Shown here: positions 9,846 through 21,878 of the stretch, piece after piece
Numbering within the stretch: the stretch's first letter is position 1
Layout of the letters: each line of letters begins with the position of its first letter
Source of the DNA: Pseudomonas aeruginosa
GTDB taxonomy: Bacteria; Pseudomonadota; Gammaproteobacteria; Pseudomonadales; Pseudomonadaceae
Direction of reading: 5' to 3'
Length of the DNA stretch: 32,000 nt
Assembly (NCBI RefSeq): GCF_001457615.1
Contig: NZ_LN831024.1
Coordinates: forward strand, 630,001 to 662,000
Translations under genes and position numbers: made by a program
Notes under the pieces: model-generated
Database searches by the model: none
The model's input: only the letters and a program-made list of their open reading frames with translations
Told to the model about the DNA's origin: nothing

Positions 9846-10832
9846 TCAGCAGCGGCTGGCCGCCATCTGGTAGGCGGTTTCCAGGGCGACCTGCAGGCTG
9901 CCGCTATCGATGCGGCCGCTTCCGGCCAGGTCGAGCGCGGTACCGTGGTCGACAGAGGTGCGGATGATCGGCAGGCCGAGGGTCACGTTCACGGCGGCAC
10001 CGAAGCCCTTGTACTTGAGCACGGGGAGACCCTGGTCGTGGTACATCGCCAGCACCGCGTCGCAATGCTCCAGGTGCTTGGGAGTGAACAGGGTGTCGGC
10101 CGGCAGCGGGCCGACCAGGTCGAGGCCTTCGCCACGCAGGCGCTCGAGGCAGGGTTCGATCACCTCGATCTCTTCCCGGCCCAGGTGACCGCCTTCGCCG
10201 GCGTGCGGGTTGAGTCCGCAGACCAGGATGCGCGGATGGGCGATGCCGAACTTGTCGCGCAGGTCGGCGTGGAGGATGCGCGCGACCCGGGACAGGCGCT
10301 CGTCGCTAATGGCGTCGGCGACCTCGCGCAGCGGCAGGTGGGTGGTCGCCAGGGCCACGCGCAGGCCACGAGTGGCCAGCATCATCACCACCTGGGCGGT
10401 GTGGGTGAGGTCGGCGAGGAATTCGGTATGGCCGGAAAAGGGGATGCCGGCTTCGTTGATCACGCCCTTGTGCACCGGTGCGGTGATCATCCCGGCGAAG
10501 TGCCCGTCGAGGCAGCCCTGGCCGGCGCGGGTCAGGGTTTCCAGGACGTAGGCGGCGTTGGCTCGGTCCAATTGCCCGGGCCGGACCGGGGCGGCCAGGG
10601 GCGTATCCCATACGTACAGTTGGCCGGCCTTGGCCGGTCGCTCTGGCCAGGCGGCCGGGGAAACGTCCTTAAGGTCGATCGCCAGGCCCAGTTGGCCGGC
10701 GCGCTCTTGCAGGAGCGTGCGGCTGGCGATGGCGATCAGGGGGTGGGGCTGGGCGGAGCGGGCGAGCAGCAGGCACAGATCGGGTCCGATACCTGCCGGC
10801 TCGCCTGGAGTGAGCGCGAAGCGCAGGCTCAC
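9846..10832 (-). CDS. pdxA: 4-hydroxythreonine-4-phosphate dehydrogenase
   Basis: 328 aa, '[15 protein letters not shown]', '[10 protein letters not shown]', '[19 protein letters not shown]', '[17 protein letters not shown]'. GTG start, overlaps surA stop. Confidence 0.97.
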   Translation of the reverse strand: MSLRFALTPGEPAGIGPDLCLLLARSAQPHPLIAIASRTLLQERAGQLGLAIDLKDVSPAAWPERPAKAGQLYVWDTPLAAPVRPGQLDRANAAYVLETLTRAGQGCLDGHFAGMITAPVHKGVINEAGIPFSGHTEFLADLTHTAQVVMMLATRGLRVALATTHLPLREVADAISDERLSRVARILHADLRDKFGIAHPRILVCGLNPHAGEGGHLGREEIEVIEPCLERLRGEGLDLVGPLPADTLFTPKHLEHCDAVLAMYHDQGLPVLKYKGFGAAVNVTLGLPIIRTSVDHGTALDLAGSGRIDSGSLQVALETAYQMAASRC

Positions 10833-12121
10833 TGCTTGATTTCCACGTAGGCCTCGTCGCGGATCTGCCGCAGCCAGGCTTGCAGTTCCTCGTCGTACTT
10901 GCGGTTGCGCAGTACGCTTACCGCCTGCTGCTCGCGGAACTTCTCGCTGCTGTCGGTGGCGCGACGGCCGAGGACCTGCAGGATGTGCCAGCCGAACTGC
11001 GAGCGGAACGGCTTGGACAGCTCGCCCTGCGGGGTATCGTTCATCACCTGGCGGAACTCGGGCACCAGGGCTTCCGGATCGATCCAGTTCAGGTCGCCGC
11101 CGTTGAGGGCGGAACCCGGATCTTCGGAGAAGCTCTTCGCCAGTTCGCCGAAGTCTTCCCCGGACTGGATGCGCTCGTACAGCTTCTGCGCCAGCTTCTC
11201 GGTCTCCGCTTCGCTGCGGATCTCGCTGGGCTTGAGCAGGATATGGCGGACATGCACTTCGTCACGGACCATCTTGCTGCCGCCGCGCTTCTCTTCCAGC
11301 TTGAGGATGATGAAGCCGCCGGGGGTGCGGACAGGCTCGGTGACGTCGCCGACGGCCAGGGAGCCGATCATGCTGTCGAACGGCTGCGGCAACTGGGCGG
11401 CCTTGCGCCAGCCGATCTCGCCGCCTTCCAGGGCGTTATCGCCGGCCGAGCGGGAAATCGCCAGTTGGCCGAAGTCGGCGCCCTGCTTGAGCTGCTGGTA
11501 AAGCTCCTGGGCCTGCCTTGCGGCGGCCTGGATCACGTCCGAGGACGCGGCTTCCGGCACCGGGATCAGGATATTGGCCAGGCGGTACTCTTCGGAAAGC
11601 TGGATCTTGCCCATGTCCGAGGCGAGGAAGTTCTTCACCTCCTGCTCGCTGACCTGGATGCGCTCGGCGACCCGGCGCTGGCGCACACGGCTGATCACCA
11701 TCTCGCGACGGACCTGCTCGCGGGCGTCGGCGTAGGACAGGCCGTCGCGGGTGAGGGCGGCCTGGAACTGCTCCAGGCTCATGCCGTTGCGCTGGGCGAT
11801 GGTGCCCATCGCCTGGTTCAGCTCCTCGTCGGAGATGCGGATGCCGGAGCGGTCGCCGATCTGCTGCTGGATGTTCTCGATGATCAGGCGTTCCAGCACC
11901 TGCTGGGTCAGCACGTGCTCGGGCGGCAGCGGCGCACCGCGCTTGAGCAGGGTCTGGTGCACTTCACGCAGGCGCTGGTCGAGCTGGCTCTGCATGATCA
12001 CATCGTTGTCGACGATGGCGACGACCCGGTCCAGTGGTACCACTTCGGCATGCGCGAAGGAGCAAAGGAGTGCTGCGCCCAATGCAAGGGGGCGCAGCCG
12101 GTTACATAGCTTGATCTTCAC
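10829..12121 (-). CDS. surA: Periplasmic peptidyl-prolyl isomerase / outer-membrane protein chaperone SurA
   Basis: 430 aa, signal peptide, '[18 protein letters not shown]', two parvulin domains ('[13 protein letters not shown]', '[17 protein letters not shown]'). GTG start overlaps the lptD 3' end by 20 nt. Confidence 0.97.
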   Translation of the reverse strand: MKIKLCNRLRPLALGAALLCSFAHAEVVPLDRVVAIVDNDVIMQSQLDQRLREVHQTLLKRGAPLPPEHVLTQQVLERLIIENIQQQIGDRSGIRISDEELNQAMGTIAQRNGMSLEQFQAALTRDGLSYADAREQVRREMVISRVRQRRVAERIQVSEQEVKNFLASDMGKIQLSEEYRLANILIPVPEAASSDVIQAAARQAQELYQQLKQGADFGQLAISRSAGDNALEGGEIGWRKAAQLPQPFDSMIGSLAVGDVTEPVRTPGGFIILKLEEKRGGSKMVRDEVHVRHILLKPSEIRSEAETEKLAQKLYERIQSGEDFGELAKSFSEDPGSALNGGDLNWIDPEALVPEFRQVMNDTPQGELSKPFRSQFGWHILQVLGRRATDSSEKFREQQAVSVLRNRKYDEELQAWLRQIRDEAYVEIKQ

Positions 12122-14891
12122 GTTGACGATAACCTTGGATGCCTTTGTCGAGGAACATTTCCGTCTTGTTGCCTACGATGCCGCCGAGGCCCTTCAGGAC
12201 GATCTGCAGGAAGATGCCGCGGTCGGCTTTTTCATTTTGGTTGAGGAAGGCATCGTCATCCACGTCCAGCCAGTAGCGGTTGATCAGACGCAGCTTCCAG
12301 CAGCAGCTGTCGTATTCGAAGCCACCGAAGGCCTCTAGGGTCCGGTTCTTGTTGTAGTCGTACTGCCAGCGGGCGAGCACGGACCATTGCGGCACCAGCG
12401 GCCAGATGACGGAGAAATCATGCTGCTTGATGATGTCGTTCTCGCGGCCATACTCGAAGCGGCCCGTAGAGCTGTTGAAGCGGCGGGAGTCCTCGCGGTA
12501 GCGATAGCCTGCGTTGACCACCTTGTTCGGATTGTCTTCCGGCTGGTAATGGAACATCGCACTGCCAGACTCGGTGCGGCTCGTGTTGGGGTTCCAGTTA
12601 AAGTCGGAACTGACTCTCCAGTCGCGATTGAAGCGATATTGGCCCATCAAGGCATAAGGAGAGCGCCAGCTATCTGTATCCGGGTCTTTCAGGTCCAGAT
12701 TGGGATTTTTGCTTCTCATGAGCGCCAGATCTTTTTCAGATAGACCTGGAAGCTGAACACGACGGTCGCGGAAGTAATAAATTTGCCCTGCACTCAAACT
12801 TGCACGTTCGAATCCATTGGATTCGATGAAACGGGTGGTTACACCAAGAGAGAGTTGATTGGCATCACCGATACGGTCACGACCGGAGAAGCGGTTTTCC
12901 CTCCATAGGGAGTCGTAGCTGAACGAAGGTTCACTGGTGTCGAATACCGGGATGTTCTCCTGATCCTTGTATGGAACGTAGAGATACATCGCCCTTGGCT
13001 CCAGGGTTTGTCGGAATTGCGTACCGGCTAAGGTGGTGTCGCGATCAAAGTACAGCCCGCTATCGACCTTAACCAGAGGCAATGAACGATCTTGGCTGCT
13101 ATCGAAGGTCTCGTCATAGGTCGTGAGAGTGCGCTTGCCCTGGCTGTCCAGATCCAAATCATATTTGGTGTACAGGTACTTCAAGGTCGGCGTCAGGTAA
13201 CCCCAACTGCGGGTCATCGGTAGGCTCATGCCGGGTTCGAGATGTACACGGTCGCCGGTGGAGCGTGCCAGGCCTTGTAGATAGGCGTCCGGGCGACGGC
13301 CCCACTCGCTGCCGTCGTCGTTCAGGTAAATATTATCGTCCAAATCCCGGTCGAAGCGGACGAACTCGGTGCTGTAGTTGAACTTCACACCGCCAGGTTC
13401 GTAAGGCAAGAAACCATCGAAAGTGATCTGTGGCAGACGCTCGTAAGGCGTTACATCGGTGGTGGTCGCCAACTGGTACGCCTGCGCATTCAAGCGGCCA
13501 GTAAAGGTGTCCCCGCGATAGGTCAGAGTGCCCCGTTGGTTGACGTAAGTAGTACTGCCTACACCCAGGTCAGTATCCAGATCCTGGAAGTAATAGGGAT
13601 CGCTGATCCGTGTGTAGTCGACCTCGGCCAGCCAGCGCGAATCGAGGCCGGTGGTGTTCTTGAGGCCGTAGAGCCAGCGGTCCTTGCTGTAGTCCGGGAA
13701 GTTCTCGCGGTGATCGTCCTTGTCGTTCAGGTAGGCGGCGTTGACGGTGCCTTCGCTGCTGTGGGTCAGGTAGCGGAACTCGCCTTCCAGCATCATGCCG
13801 CGCTTGGCCATGTAGCGCGGGTACAGCGTGGCGTCGTAGTTCGGCGCCAGGTTGAAGTAGTACGGGGTGACCAGGGTGAAGCCGGTGTCGCTGGTGCTGC
13901 TGAAGCTCGGCGGCAGGAAGCCGGACTGGCGGCGGTCGTCGATCGGGAAATAGATGTACGGGGTGTAGAACACCGGGAAATCTTTGACCCGGAGGGTCGC
14001 GTTGGTCGCGGTGCCGAAGCCGGTGGCCGGGTTCAGCTTGACGTTGTTGCCCTTCAGGGTCCAGGCGTTGCTGCTCGGTTCGCAGCGGGTGTAGGTGCCA
14101 TCCTTGAGCATGATGATGGCGTTCTCGCTGCGCTTGGCGTAGAGCGCGCTGCCGCGGGCATGGGCCTTGTGGATCACGTACTCGGCGTTGTCGACCTGGG
14201 CCTCGCCGTTGTCCAGCTGGACCTGGGCGTGGTCGCCGACCACCAGCATGCCCTTGTCGCGCAGCTTGACGTTGCCGACCAGTTCGCCGCGGTTTTCCAG
14301 CTGGTGCAGGTTGGCCTCGTCGCCTTCCACCTGCATGCTGCCCTGGCGCAGGACCACGTCACCGGCGAGGGTGGCGATCTGTTTTTCCTGCTCGTAGCGC
14401 GAAGCCTTGGCGGATACGTAGGTCGGGCTCTCGTCGCTGGGCGCGCCGTCATCCATGCCCGGACGCACCGGCTCGATGTAGGAGCCGCCGCAATAGGGGC
14501 CGATTTCCGCCAACTGGGCGGCGGTCAGTTTTTCCCGAGGAATCCAGTCGAGGTGCGAGTAGTCCGCACTGCGGGACTTCAGCGCGCGACCGCCGGACTC
14601 GGTGACCAGGCGCTGGGTCGGCTCTGCCTCGACGGTTTCGCCTCCGCTGCCGGATACACTGGTGCCCGCCGCGGCGGTGCTGACCGAGGTCGCGGTATGC
14701 GCCGGGCGCGGTGGCAGGTTGGCATTGGCGTTCTGCAGCGGGGAGCAATCCCAGCCGCCGGTGGCCGATACCTTGCAGTCGAACTGATCGGCGGCCTGTA
14801 CAGTCAATGCTGCGACCGGCTGCAGAGCCAGCAGGCTGCCGGTGACCAGCAGGGGAAACTTTCTTCGAAACACGAGGGATTTCACTGCCAT
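12102..14891 (-). CDS. lptD: LPS-assembly protein LptD (OstA/Imp)
   Basis: About 929 aa from [26 protein letters not shown]. OstA domain '[48 protein letters not shown]', long beta-barrel with '[14 protein letters not shown]'. Track start at 14990 is an extension. Confidence 0.96.
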   Translation of the reverse strand: MAVKSLVFRRKFPLLVTGSLLALQPVAALTVQAADQFDCKVSATGGWDCSPLQNANANLPPRPAHTATSVSTAAAGTSVSGSGGETVEAEPTQRLVTESGGRALKSRSADYSHLDWIPREKLTAAQLAEIGPYCGGSYIEPVRPGMDDGAPSDESPTYVSAKASRYEQEKQIATLAGDVVLRQGSMQVEGDEANLHQLENRGELVGNVKLRDKGMLVVGDHAQVQLDNGEAQVDNAEYVIHKAHARGSALYAKRSENAIIMLKDGTYTRCEPSSNAWTLKGNNVKLNPATGFGTATNATLRVKDFPVFYTPYIYFPIDDRRQSGFLPPSFSSTSDTGFTLVTPYYFNLAPNYDATLYPRYMAKRGMMLEGEFRYLTHSSEGTVNAAYLNDKDDHRENFPDYSKDRWLYGLKNTTGLDSRWLAEVDYTRISDPYYFQDLDTDLGVGSTTYVNQRGTLTYRGDTFTGRLNAQAYQLATTTDVTPYERLPQITFDGFLPYEPGGVKFNYSTEFVRFDRDLDDNIYLNDDGSEWGRRPDAYLQGLARSTGDRVHLEPGMSLPMTRSWGYLTPTLKYLYTKYDLDLDSQGKRTLTTYDETFDSSQDRSLPLVKVDSGLYFDRDTTLAGTQFRQTLEPRAMYLYVPYKDQENIPVFDTSEPSFSYDSLWRENRFSGRDRIGDANQLSLGVTTRFIESNGFERASLSAGQIYYFRDRRVQLPGLSEKDLALMRSKNPNLDLKDPDTDSWRSPYALMGQYRFNRDWRVSSDFNWNPNTSRTESGSAMFHYQPEDNPNKVVNAGYRYREDSRRFNSSTGRFEYGRENDIIKQHDFSVIWPLVPQWSVLARWQYDYNKNRTLEAFGGFEYDSCCWKLRLINRYWLDVDDDAFLNQNEKADRGIFLQIVLKGLGGIVGNKTEMFLDKGIQGYRQREDQAM

Positions 14892-15017
14892 CTTGTTAAT
14901 CCGGGCTTCCTGCGCGCCATCGGCCCGGTGGGCCGCACGCCTCTCGATGGGCTGAAAAAGATGCTGGATAATAAAGCATGACCTGCGCAACGGCTAGGGC
15001 CGTGGAGAACCCCGTAA

Positions 15018-16705
<1,688 letters not shown>

Positions 16706-16706
16706 G

Positions 16707-17465
16707 ATGCTCTGGCCCGCTACGCTGATCGGAGCCGGAGCCGGCTGGGCCCTGGCCAGCATCCCCGGCGCCCTGCTCGGCGGCCTGCTGGGGCAACTGC
16801 TGGACCGCAGGTTGCGCCTGGAGTCCTGGCGCGGCCTGCTGGCGCGCTTGCGCGGGCGGGCGGTGAACGATGAGGACGACCTGCTGTTCCAGTTGCTCGG
16901 CTATCTGGCCAAGAGCGGCGGGCGGGTGGAGGAAATGCATATCCGCCAGGCGCGCGAGGAGATGGCGTTGCGCAAGCTCGATAGGCGAGCCCAGCGGCGT
17001 GCCATCGCGTCCTTCGGCAAGGGCAAGGCCGGCATCGCCCATCTGCAGGAGGAGGTCGCGCGTCTGAAAGGCGAACGTGCGGAGGCAGTATTGCTCGCCT
17101 GCTGGCGGATGGCCTGGGCTGGCGGCGTGCTCAGCCAGTCGGCGCGACAACTGGTGTTGCAATGGGGGCGCTGGCTGGGTTGGTCGGCGGAGCGAACGGA
17201 ACGCTTGTCGGCGCGGGTCATGCCGAAGCCCACGCGCGCTGTCGCCCGGGATAGCTACCGTGAGGCCCTGCTGCTGCTCGGCGTGGAGGCCGGAAGCGAG
17301 CCGGCGCTGATCAAACGCGCCTATCGCAAGCTGATCAGCCAGCATCATCCGGACAAACTGGCGGGAGCCGGCGCCAGCGTCGAGCGCGTGCGTGCGGCTA
17401 CCGAGAAAACCCGTGAATTGCAGGCGGCCTACGCCCTGGTCCGAGAGCGTGAGGGGTTCCGCTGA
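16707..17465 (+). CDS. DjlA-like membrane-anchored TerB/J-domain protein
   Basis: 252 aa from MLWPATLIGAGAGWALASIPGALLGGLLGQLLD (N-terminal Gly-rich TM). C-terminal J domain 'LLLLGVEAGSEPALIKRAYRKLISQHHPDK' with HPD motif. Stop abuts the convergent downstream stop (TGATCA). Confidence 0.85.
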   Translation: MLWPATLIGAGAGWALASIPGALLGGLLGQLLDRRLRLESWRGLLARLRGRAVNDEDDLLFQLLGYLAKSGGRVEEMHIRQAREEMALRKLDRRAQRRAIASFGKGKAGIAHLQEEVARLKGERAEAVLLACWRMAWAGGVLSQSARQLVLQWGRWLGWSAERTERLSARVMPKPTRAVARDSYREALLLLGVEAGSEPALIKRAYRKLISQHHPDKLAGAGASVERVRAATEKTRELQAAYALVREREGFR

Positions 17466-18527
17466 TCACTCCGCAGGTTTCTGCGCATCGGCCTGCAGGT
17501 GAAGGCTGAGCCAGCCGCGGATTCGTCGGTACAGTTGCTCCTGCTCCGCCTTGGGGTCGGCCGGTAGCGCCTGCATCGCGATTTGTACGTAGGCCGGGTG
17601 TTTCTGCCGCTTGCCGGCCTGCATGCGCAGCCTGGCCGCCTCGCGGTCGGCGCGGGCGTCGCGGTAATAGAAGTCGCCGGTCGCCAGTTTCAGCTTCGGC
17701 ACCATATCTTCCAGCGCCGGGCGAAAATCGCGCGGTACCTCCGCGGCAACCAGCAGCAGGTTGTGGATTTCCGCAGGCTCCTTCTCCGCCAGGTAGCGTG
17801 CCGCCCAATAGGCGCCCGTGCCATGACCGAGCAGGACGACGCTTTTCGGTTCGTGCTGCAGGGCCAGGTCGATGCTCGCCTGCAGGCGCGCCATGACCCG
17901 TTCGGCGTGCGCCTTGCGCTGCTCGACCGGATCGATGGCTGGGGGAGGGGCCTGGTCCTCGCTCTGCGCCGGTTCGCCGCTGCCGGCTTGGGCGGTGCTT
18001 TCCGGCGCCGGCGCGTTGCCGCTTTCTCCTTTCACGTCAGGCTTGCTTGCGCTGTCCGCGGCGCTGGCGTCCTTGTCGGCGCTGGCGCTGGCAGCGGATT
18101 CCGCAGGGCGGGTAACCGGCGCGGTGCTCTGCGGGTCGGGCAGGGCCAGGCTCAGGGTCTGCCAGCCGGCATCCGGCAGTTTGCGCCTTAGCGGGCCGAT
18201 GGCTTGCGGCCAGTCCGGACTTTCGCCATCACCGGGAACCAGGATCACTACACCTTCGGCCTCGGCGGTGTTGGCTGGCAACCAGAGGGTGAGGAAGCTT
18301 TCGTCGCCGGCCTTGAGGATCTGCTGGCCGTCCTCCGGCAACTGGCGCTCCAGCCCCTTGGCCTCGTCCTGGCTGCGCTCGCTGACCGCCGGGCGTTCCA
18401 CGGGGGCCGGCGGCTGGTCCTTGGCGGCCTCCTCTTCGGCATGAACGAAAGCCGGCGGCAGGAAAGCGGCGGCCAATAGCAGCGGCAGCAGGGCGGAGGG
18501 CTTCGGCAGTAGAGAGAAGGCCGGCAT
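17466..18527 (-). CDS. DUF3530-like alpha/beta-hydrolase-type exported protein
   Basis: 353 aa, signal peptide MPAFSLLPKPSALLPLLLAAAFLPPAFVHA, nucleophile-elbow-like 'VVLLGHGTGAYWAARYL', low-complexity Ala/Ser/Glu linker in the middle. Confidence 0.8.
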   Translation of the reverse strand: MPAFSLLPKPSALLPLLLAAAFLPPAFVHAEEEAAKDQPPAPVERPAVSERSQDEAKGLERQLPEDGQQILKAGDESFLTLWLPANTAEAEGVVILVPGDGESPDWPQAIGPLRRKLPDAGWQTLSLALPDPQSTAPVTRPAESAASASADKDASAADSASKPDVKGESGNAPAPESTAQAGSGEPAQSEDQAPPPAIDPVEQRKAHAERVMARLQASIDLALQHEPKSVVLLGHGTGAYWAARYLAEKEPAEIHNLLLVAAEVPRDFRPALEDMVPKLKLATGDFYYRDARADREAARLRMQAGKRQKHPAYVQIAMQALPADPKAEQEQLYRRIRGWLSLHLQADAQKPAE

Positions 18528-18678
18528 TGGAAATTCCCGATAGACAATTCAGAAGGCAGCCTAAACCCAGAGCACTTCTTTGTCAGGCCGAGCCTTCGCA
18601 TGGTTCGCCGGTCGCGCTCGCGGTAAGGTATGCCCGCTTTTCCTTCCGTTGCGGTGTATTCCGTGGAGTGTCGCCGGC

Positions 18679-21072
18679 ATGTTGCGTCGTTGCTGTCTGC
18701 TCTTCTTCTGTCTGCTGTTGAGCCTGCCCGTGCGAGCGGAGGAGTCGGTCGCCTTGCCGCTGACGGCGGAGCTACGGACCTGGCTGGCGGAGCATCGGGA
18801 ATTGCGCGTCGGGGTGGTCACCGAAGCGCCCTATGCCCAGTACGACCGCCGCCTGCAACAGTATTCCGGGGCCAACGTGGAGCTGATGGGCTGGCTGGCC
18901 ACGGCAATGCAGGTGACCTTGCGGTGGCAGGGCTATCCCGACCAGGCGGCGCTCGACGATGCCCTGCGCGCTGGGCGCGTGGATATCGCTCCCGGCCTCA
19001 GCCAGACCCCAGCCGGGCTGCGCTTGTGGCTGTTCTCCGATCCCTACCTGCGGGTTTCCCGGCTGGTGGTGGGGAAGCGCGATGGCAGCGGCAGCGTCGA
19101 ATTGGAGCAACTGGAGCGCGATACCCGGGTTGCCGTGCGGGCCGGCAGTTCGGTAGCCGACTACCTCAGCAGCACCTATAGCGGCCTGCAATGGGGGGCG
19201 GCCGATTCCGAACGCGAGGTGCTGCGCGCCGTGCTCGCCGGACAGGCACGCTACGCGGTGATCGACGAAGCGCAACTCAGCCGCCTGACTCGCGAGCCGG
19301 AGTTCGCCGAGCTAGCGGTGGTTGGCGACATCGGCTACCCGCAACTGCTACGGGTGGCGACCCGTCGCGACTGGCCGGAACTGGCGATGGTGGTCGACCA
19401 GGCGTTGCGCTCGCTGCCGCGCAAGTCCCTGGACCAGTTGCACGAGCGCTGGTTGCAACCCAAGTATCCGCGCCTCGGCGAGTCGCCGGGGTTCTGGCAG
19501 AACCTGTCGATCCTCCTCGGCCTGCTGCTGGCCGGCGCGCTGGCGGCGGTGTTCCTCCAGCGGCGCCAGCAGCATGCGCTGGAAGCCCGGCTGTACGGCG
19601 CCCGCCGCGACCTGGAGCTGCGCCAGGCGGCCGAGGAGGCGCTGCGCCTGACCCAGTTCTCCATCGACAACAGCACCCTGGGCATCCTCTGGGTCAACTG
19701 GGACAGCCGCGTACGCTACGCCAACCGCGCCGCCGAACAGATGCTCGGCCATGCCGACGGCCAACTCGTGGACCGTCCGCTGGCCGACTTCGAGCCCGGC
19801 CTGGACATGGACCGCTGGTTGAATCTTTGGCGTCGTGCGCGCAATAGCGAGGAGGGCCCGCTCAGCTTCGAGACCCGCTGCCTGCGCGCCGACGGCAGTT
19901 GGCTGCCGGCCGACGTCTCGCTTAGCTTCCTGCGCTTCGGCACGTCCGAGTATCTGGTGGTGTTCCTCAGCGACGTCACCGAGCGCCGCCGTGCCCGCGA
20001 GGCATTGCAGGAAAGCGAGGCGCGGATGAAGGGCATCGCCTCCAACGTGCCGGGCATGGTCTTCCGCCTGGAGCGCCCGCGGGCCGGCGCGTTTTCCGAC
20101 TTCGCCTATATCAGCGAGGGCAGCGAGGCGCTGGTCGGCTACAGCGCTCGCGAACTGATCGAGAGCGGCCGCGGCATTCGTGGCCTGGTCCATCCCGACG
20201 ACCGCGAGCGCTACTGGTCGAGCCAGATGGCTGCCCTCGACGAGAATCGCGACTGGCATTGGCAGGGCCGCATCCTCACCCGCCAGGGCGAATTGCGCTG
20301 GGCCGACATCAAGGCTTCGGCGCGCTGTTTCGAGGATGGTCGCGCGGTCTGGGACGGGGTGGTCTGGGACATCACCGCGAACAAGCAGATCGAACTCGAA
20401 CTCGGCGAGTCGCGCGCCCAGCTCCGCGAGCTGTCGGCGCACCTGGAGTCGGTGCGGGAGGAGGAGAAGGCGCGTATCGCCCGCGAGGTCCATGATGAGC
20501 TGGGCCAGGTGCTGACGGTGCTGAAGCTGGAAACCTCGATGTGCGAGCTGGCCTATGCCGATGCCCAGGAGGGCCTGCGCGAACGCCTGGGCAACATGAA
20601 AAAGCTGATCGCCCAGTTGTTCCAGCTGGTGCGCGACGTGGCTACCGCACTGCGCCCGCCGATCCTCGACGCCGGAATCGGCTCGGCGGTGGAGTGGCAG
20701 GCGCGGCGCTTCGAGGCGCGCACGCAAATTCCCTGCCTGGTGGAGGTGCCGGAGAACTCGCCGCAGTTGGTCGACGCCAAGGCTATCGGCCTGTTCCGCA
20801 TCCTCCAGGAGGCGTTGACCAATGTCATGCGGCATGCCGAGGCGCATACTGTGCAACTGCGTCTGCTGCGCGAGGGCGACGAGCTGTGCCTGAGCGTCAG
20901 CGACGACGGTCGCGGGTTCGATGTTGCCACGGTGGGGCGTGGCAGTTCCTTCGGCCTGGTCGGCATGCGTGAGCGGGTGCTGATGATGGGCGGTACGCTG
21001 GACATCGACAGTGCCCCCGGCGAGGGCACCACGCTCAGCGTGAGGATTCCGCTGGGCGTCGCGGGCCCGTGA
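18679..21072 (+). CDS. agtS: Hybrid-input sensor histidine kinase: periplasmic SBP_bac_3 domain, TM, two PAS, HisKA_3, HATPase_c (AgtS-type)
   Basis: 797 aa from MLRRCCLLFFCLLLSLPVRAEE. 'RELRVGVVTEAPYAQYDRRL..YSGANVELMGWLATAM' (solute-binding fold), TM 'LSILLGLLLAGALAAVFL', PAS-like segments at 'FSIDNSTLGILWVNWDSRVRYANRAAEQMLG' and 'IASNVPGMVFRLERP', 'EEEKARIAREVHDELGQVLTVLKLE' (HisKA_3), 'LSVSDDGRGFD' (N/G box). Symbol from locus context. Confidence 0.9.
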   Translation: MLRRCCLLFFCLLLSLPVRAEESVALPLTAELRTWLAEHRELRVGVVTEAPYAQYDRRLQQYSGANVELMGWLATAMQVTLRWQGYPDQAALDDALRAGRVDIAPGLSQTPAGLRLWLFSDPYLRVSRLVVGKRDGSGSVELEQLERDTRVAVRAGSSVADYLSSTYSGLQWGAADSEREVLRAVLAGQARYAVIDEAQLSRLTREPEFAELAVVGDIGYPQLLRVATRRDWPELAMVVDQALRSLPRKSLDQLHERWLQPKYPRLGESPGFWQNLSILLGLLLAGALAAVFLQRRQQHALEARLYGARRDLELRQAAEEALRLTQFSIDNSTLGILWVNWDSRVRYANRAAEQMLGHADGQLVDRPLADFEPGLDMDRWLNLWRRARNSEEGPLSFETRCLRADGSWLPADVSLSFLRFGTSEYLVVFLSDVTERRRAREALQESEARMKGIASNVPGMVFRLERPRAGAFSDFAYISEGSEALVGYSARELIESGRGIRGLVHPDDRERYWSSQMAALDENRDWHWQGRILTRQGELRWADIKASARCFEDGRAVWDGVVWDITANKQIELELGESRAQLRELSAHLESVREEEKARIAREVHDELGQVLTVLKLETSMCELAYADAQEGLRERLGNMKKLIAQLFQLVRDVATALRPPILDAGIGSAVEWQARRFEARTQIPCLVEVPENSPQLVDAKAIGLFRILQEALTNVMRHAEAHTVQLRLLREGDELCLSVSDDGRGFDVATVGRGSSFGLVGMRERVLMMGGTLDIDSAPGEGTTLSVRIPLGVAGP

Positions 21073-21102
21073 CAAGAACAACCGCCGGCAAGGCGGAACA
21101 GC

Positions 21103-21750
21103 GTGAGGCAGCAAAGAGTGGTGATCCGAGTCCTGGTCGCTGAAGACCACACGATTGTCAGGGAAGGCATCAAGCAACTGATTGGCATGGCCAAGGACCT
21201 GCAGGTGGTCGGCGAGGCCACCAATGGCGAGCAGTTGCTGGAAACCCTGCGCGGAACGCCTTGCGAGGTGGTCCTGCTGGATATCTCCATGCCCGGCGTC
21301 AATGGCCTCGAGGCGATTCCGCGGATTCGCGCGCTGAACGAGCCGCCGGCGATCCTGGTGCTGTCGATGCACGACGAGGCGCAGATGGCCGCCCGCGCCC
21401 TGAAGATAGGTGCTGCCGGCTATGCCACCAAGGACAGCGATCCGGCATTGCTGCTCACCGCGATCCGCAGGGTCGCCGGCGGCGGACGCTACATCGACCC
21501 GGACCTTGCCGATCGGATGGTCTTCGAGGTCGGCCTGACCGATTCGCGTCCGCCCCATGCGCTGCTCTCCGAGCGCGAGTTCTCGGTGTTCGAGCGGCTG
21601 GTGCAGGGCGCCAACGTCAACGAGATCGCCCAGCAACTGGCGGTCAGCAACAAGACCATCAGTACCCACAAGGCACGCCTGATGCAGAAGCTCAACGCGC
21701 ATTCGGTAGCTGACCTGGTGCGCTACGCGATGGAGCACCGCCTGCTCTGA
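21103..21750 (+). CDS. agtR: NarL/LuxR-type response regulator (AgtR-type)
   Basis: 215 aa, receiver domain 'VLVAEDHTIVREGIKQL..VVLLDISMPGVNGLEA' and HTH_LuxR 'LSEREFSVFERLVQGANVNEIAQQLAVSNKTISTHKARLMQKL'. GTG start; alternative GTG starts a few codons downstream. Confidence 0.92.
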   Translation: MRQQRVVIRVLVAEDHTIVREGIKQLIGMAKDLQVVGEATNGEQLLETLRGTPCEVVLLDISMPGVNGLEAIPRIRALNEPPAILVLSMHDEAQMAARALKIGAAGYATKDSDPALLLTAIRRVAGGGRYIDPDLADRMVFEVGLTDSRPPHALLSEREFSVFERLVQGANVNEIAQQLAVSNKTISTHKARLMQKLNAHSVADLVRYAMEHRLL

Positions 21751-21878
21751 CAGGGGCGTTCGCCCAGGTTTTGCTCGCGGCTTGTGCGCCAGGTCCGGTT
21801 TTCGCGATCTGCTGTCTACCTGGCTTCCGCGCGGCAGGGAATGATGCTTGCCGGCCAACACGATAAGGAGAAGAAACG

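Noticed and set aside
10880-12109. Plus-strand ORF (409 aa) antisense to surA
   Set aside because: Shadow ORF; SurA parvulin motifs on the minus strand are unambiguous.
13536-14981. Plus-strand ORF (481 aa) antisense to lptD
   Set aside because: Shadow ORF over a clear LptD coding region.
14892-14990. N-terminal extension of lptD in the track
   Set aside because: It would precede the signal peptide; [21 protein letters not shown] at 14891 is the sensible start.
21754-21765. GGGCG-TT-CGCCC after agtR
   Set aside because: The loop is effectively too small, leaving a 4-bp stem and only a short T stretch, so it is not reported as a terminator.
19348-21861. Minus-strand ORF (837 aa) antisense to agtS/agtR
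   Set aside because: Spans two well-supported genes and their intergenic gap; composition (H/Q/R/L/A-rich) is typical of an antisense frame. No domains recognised.
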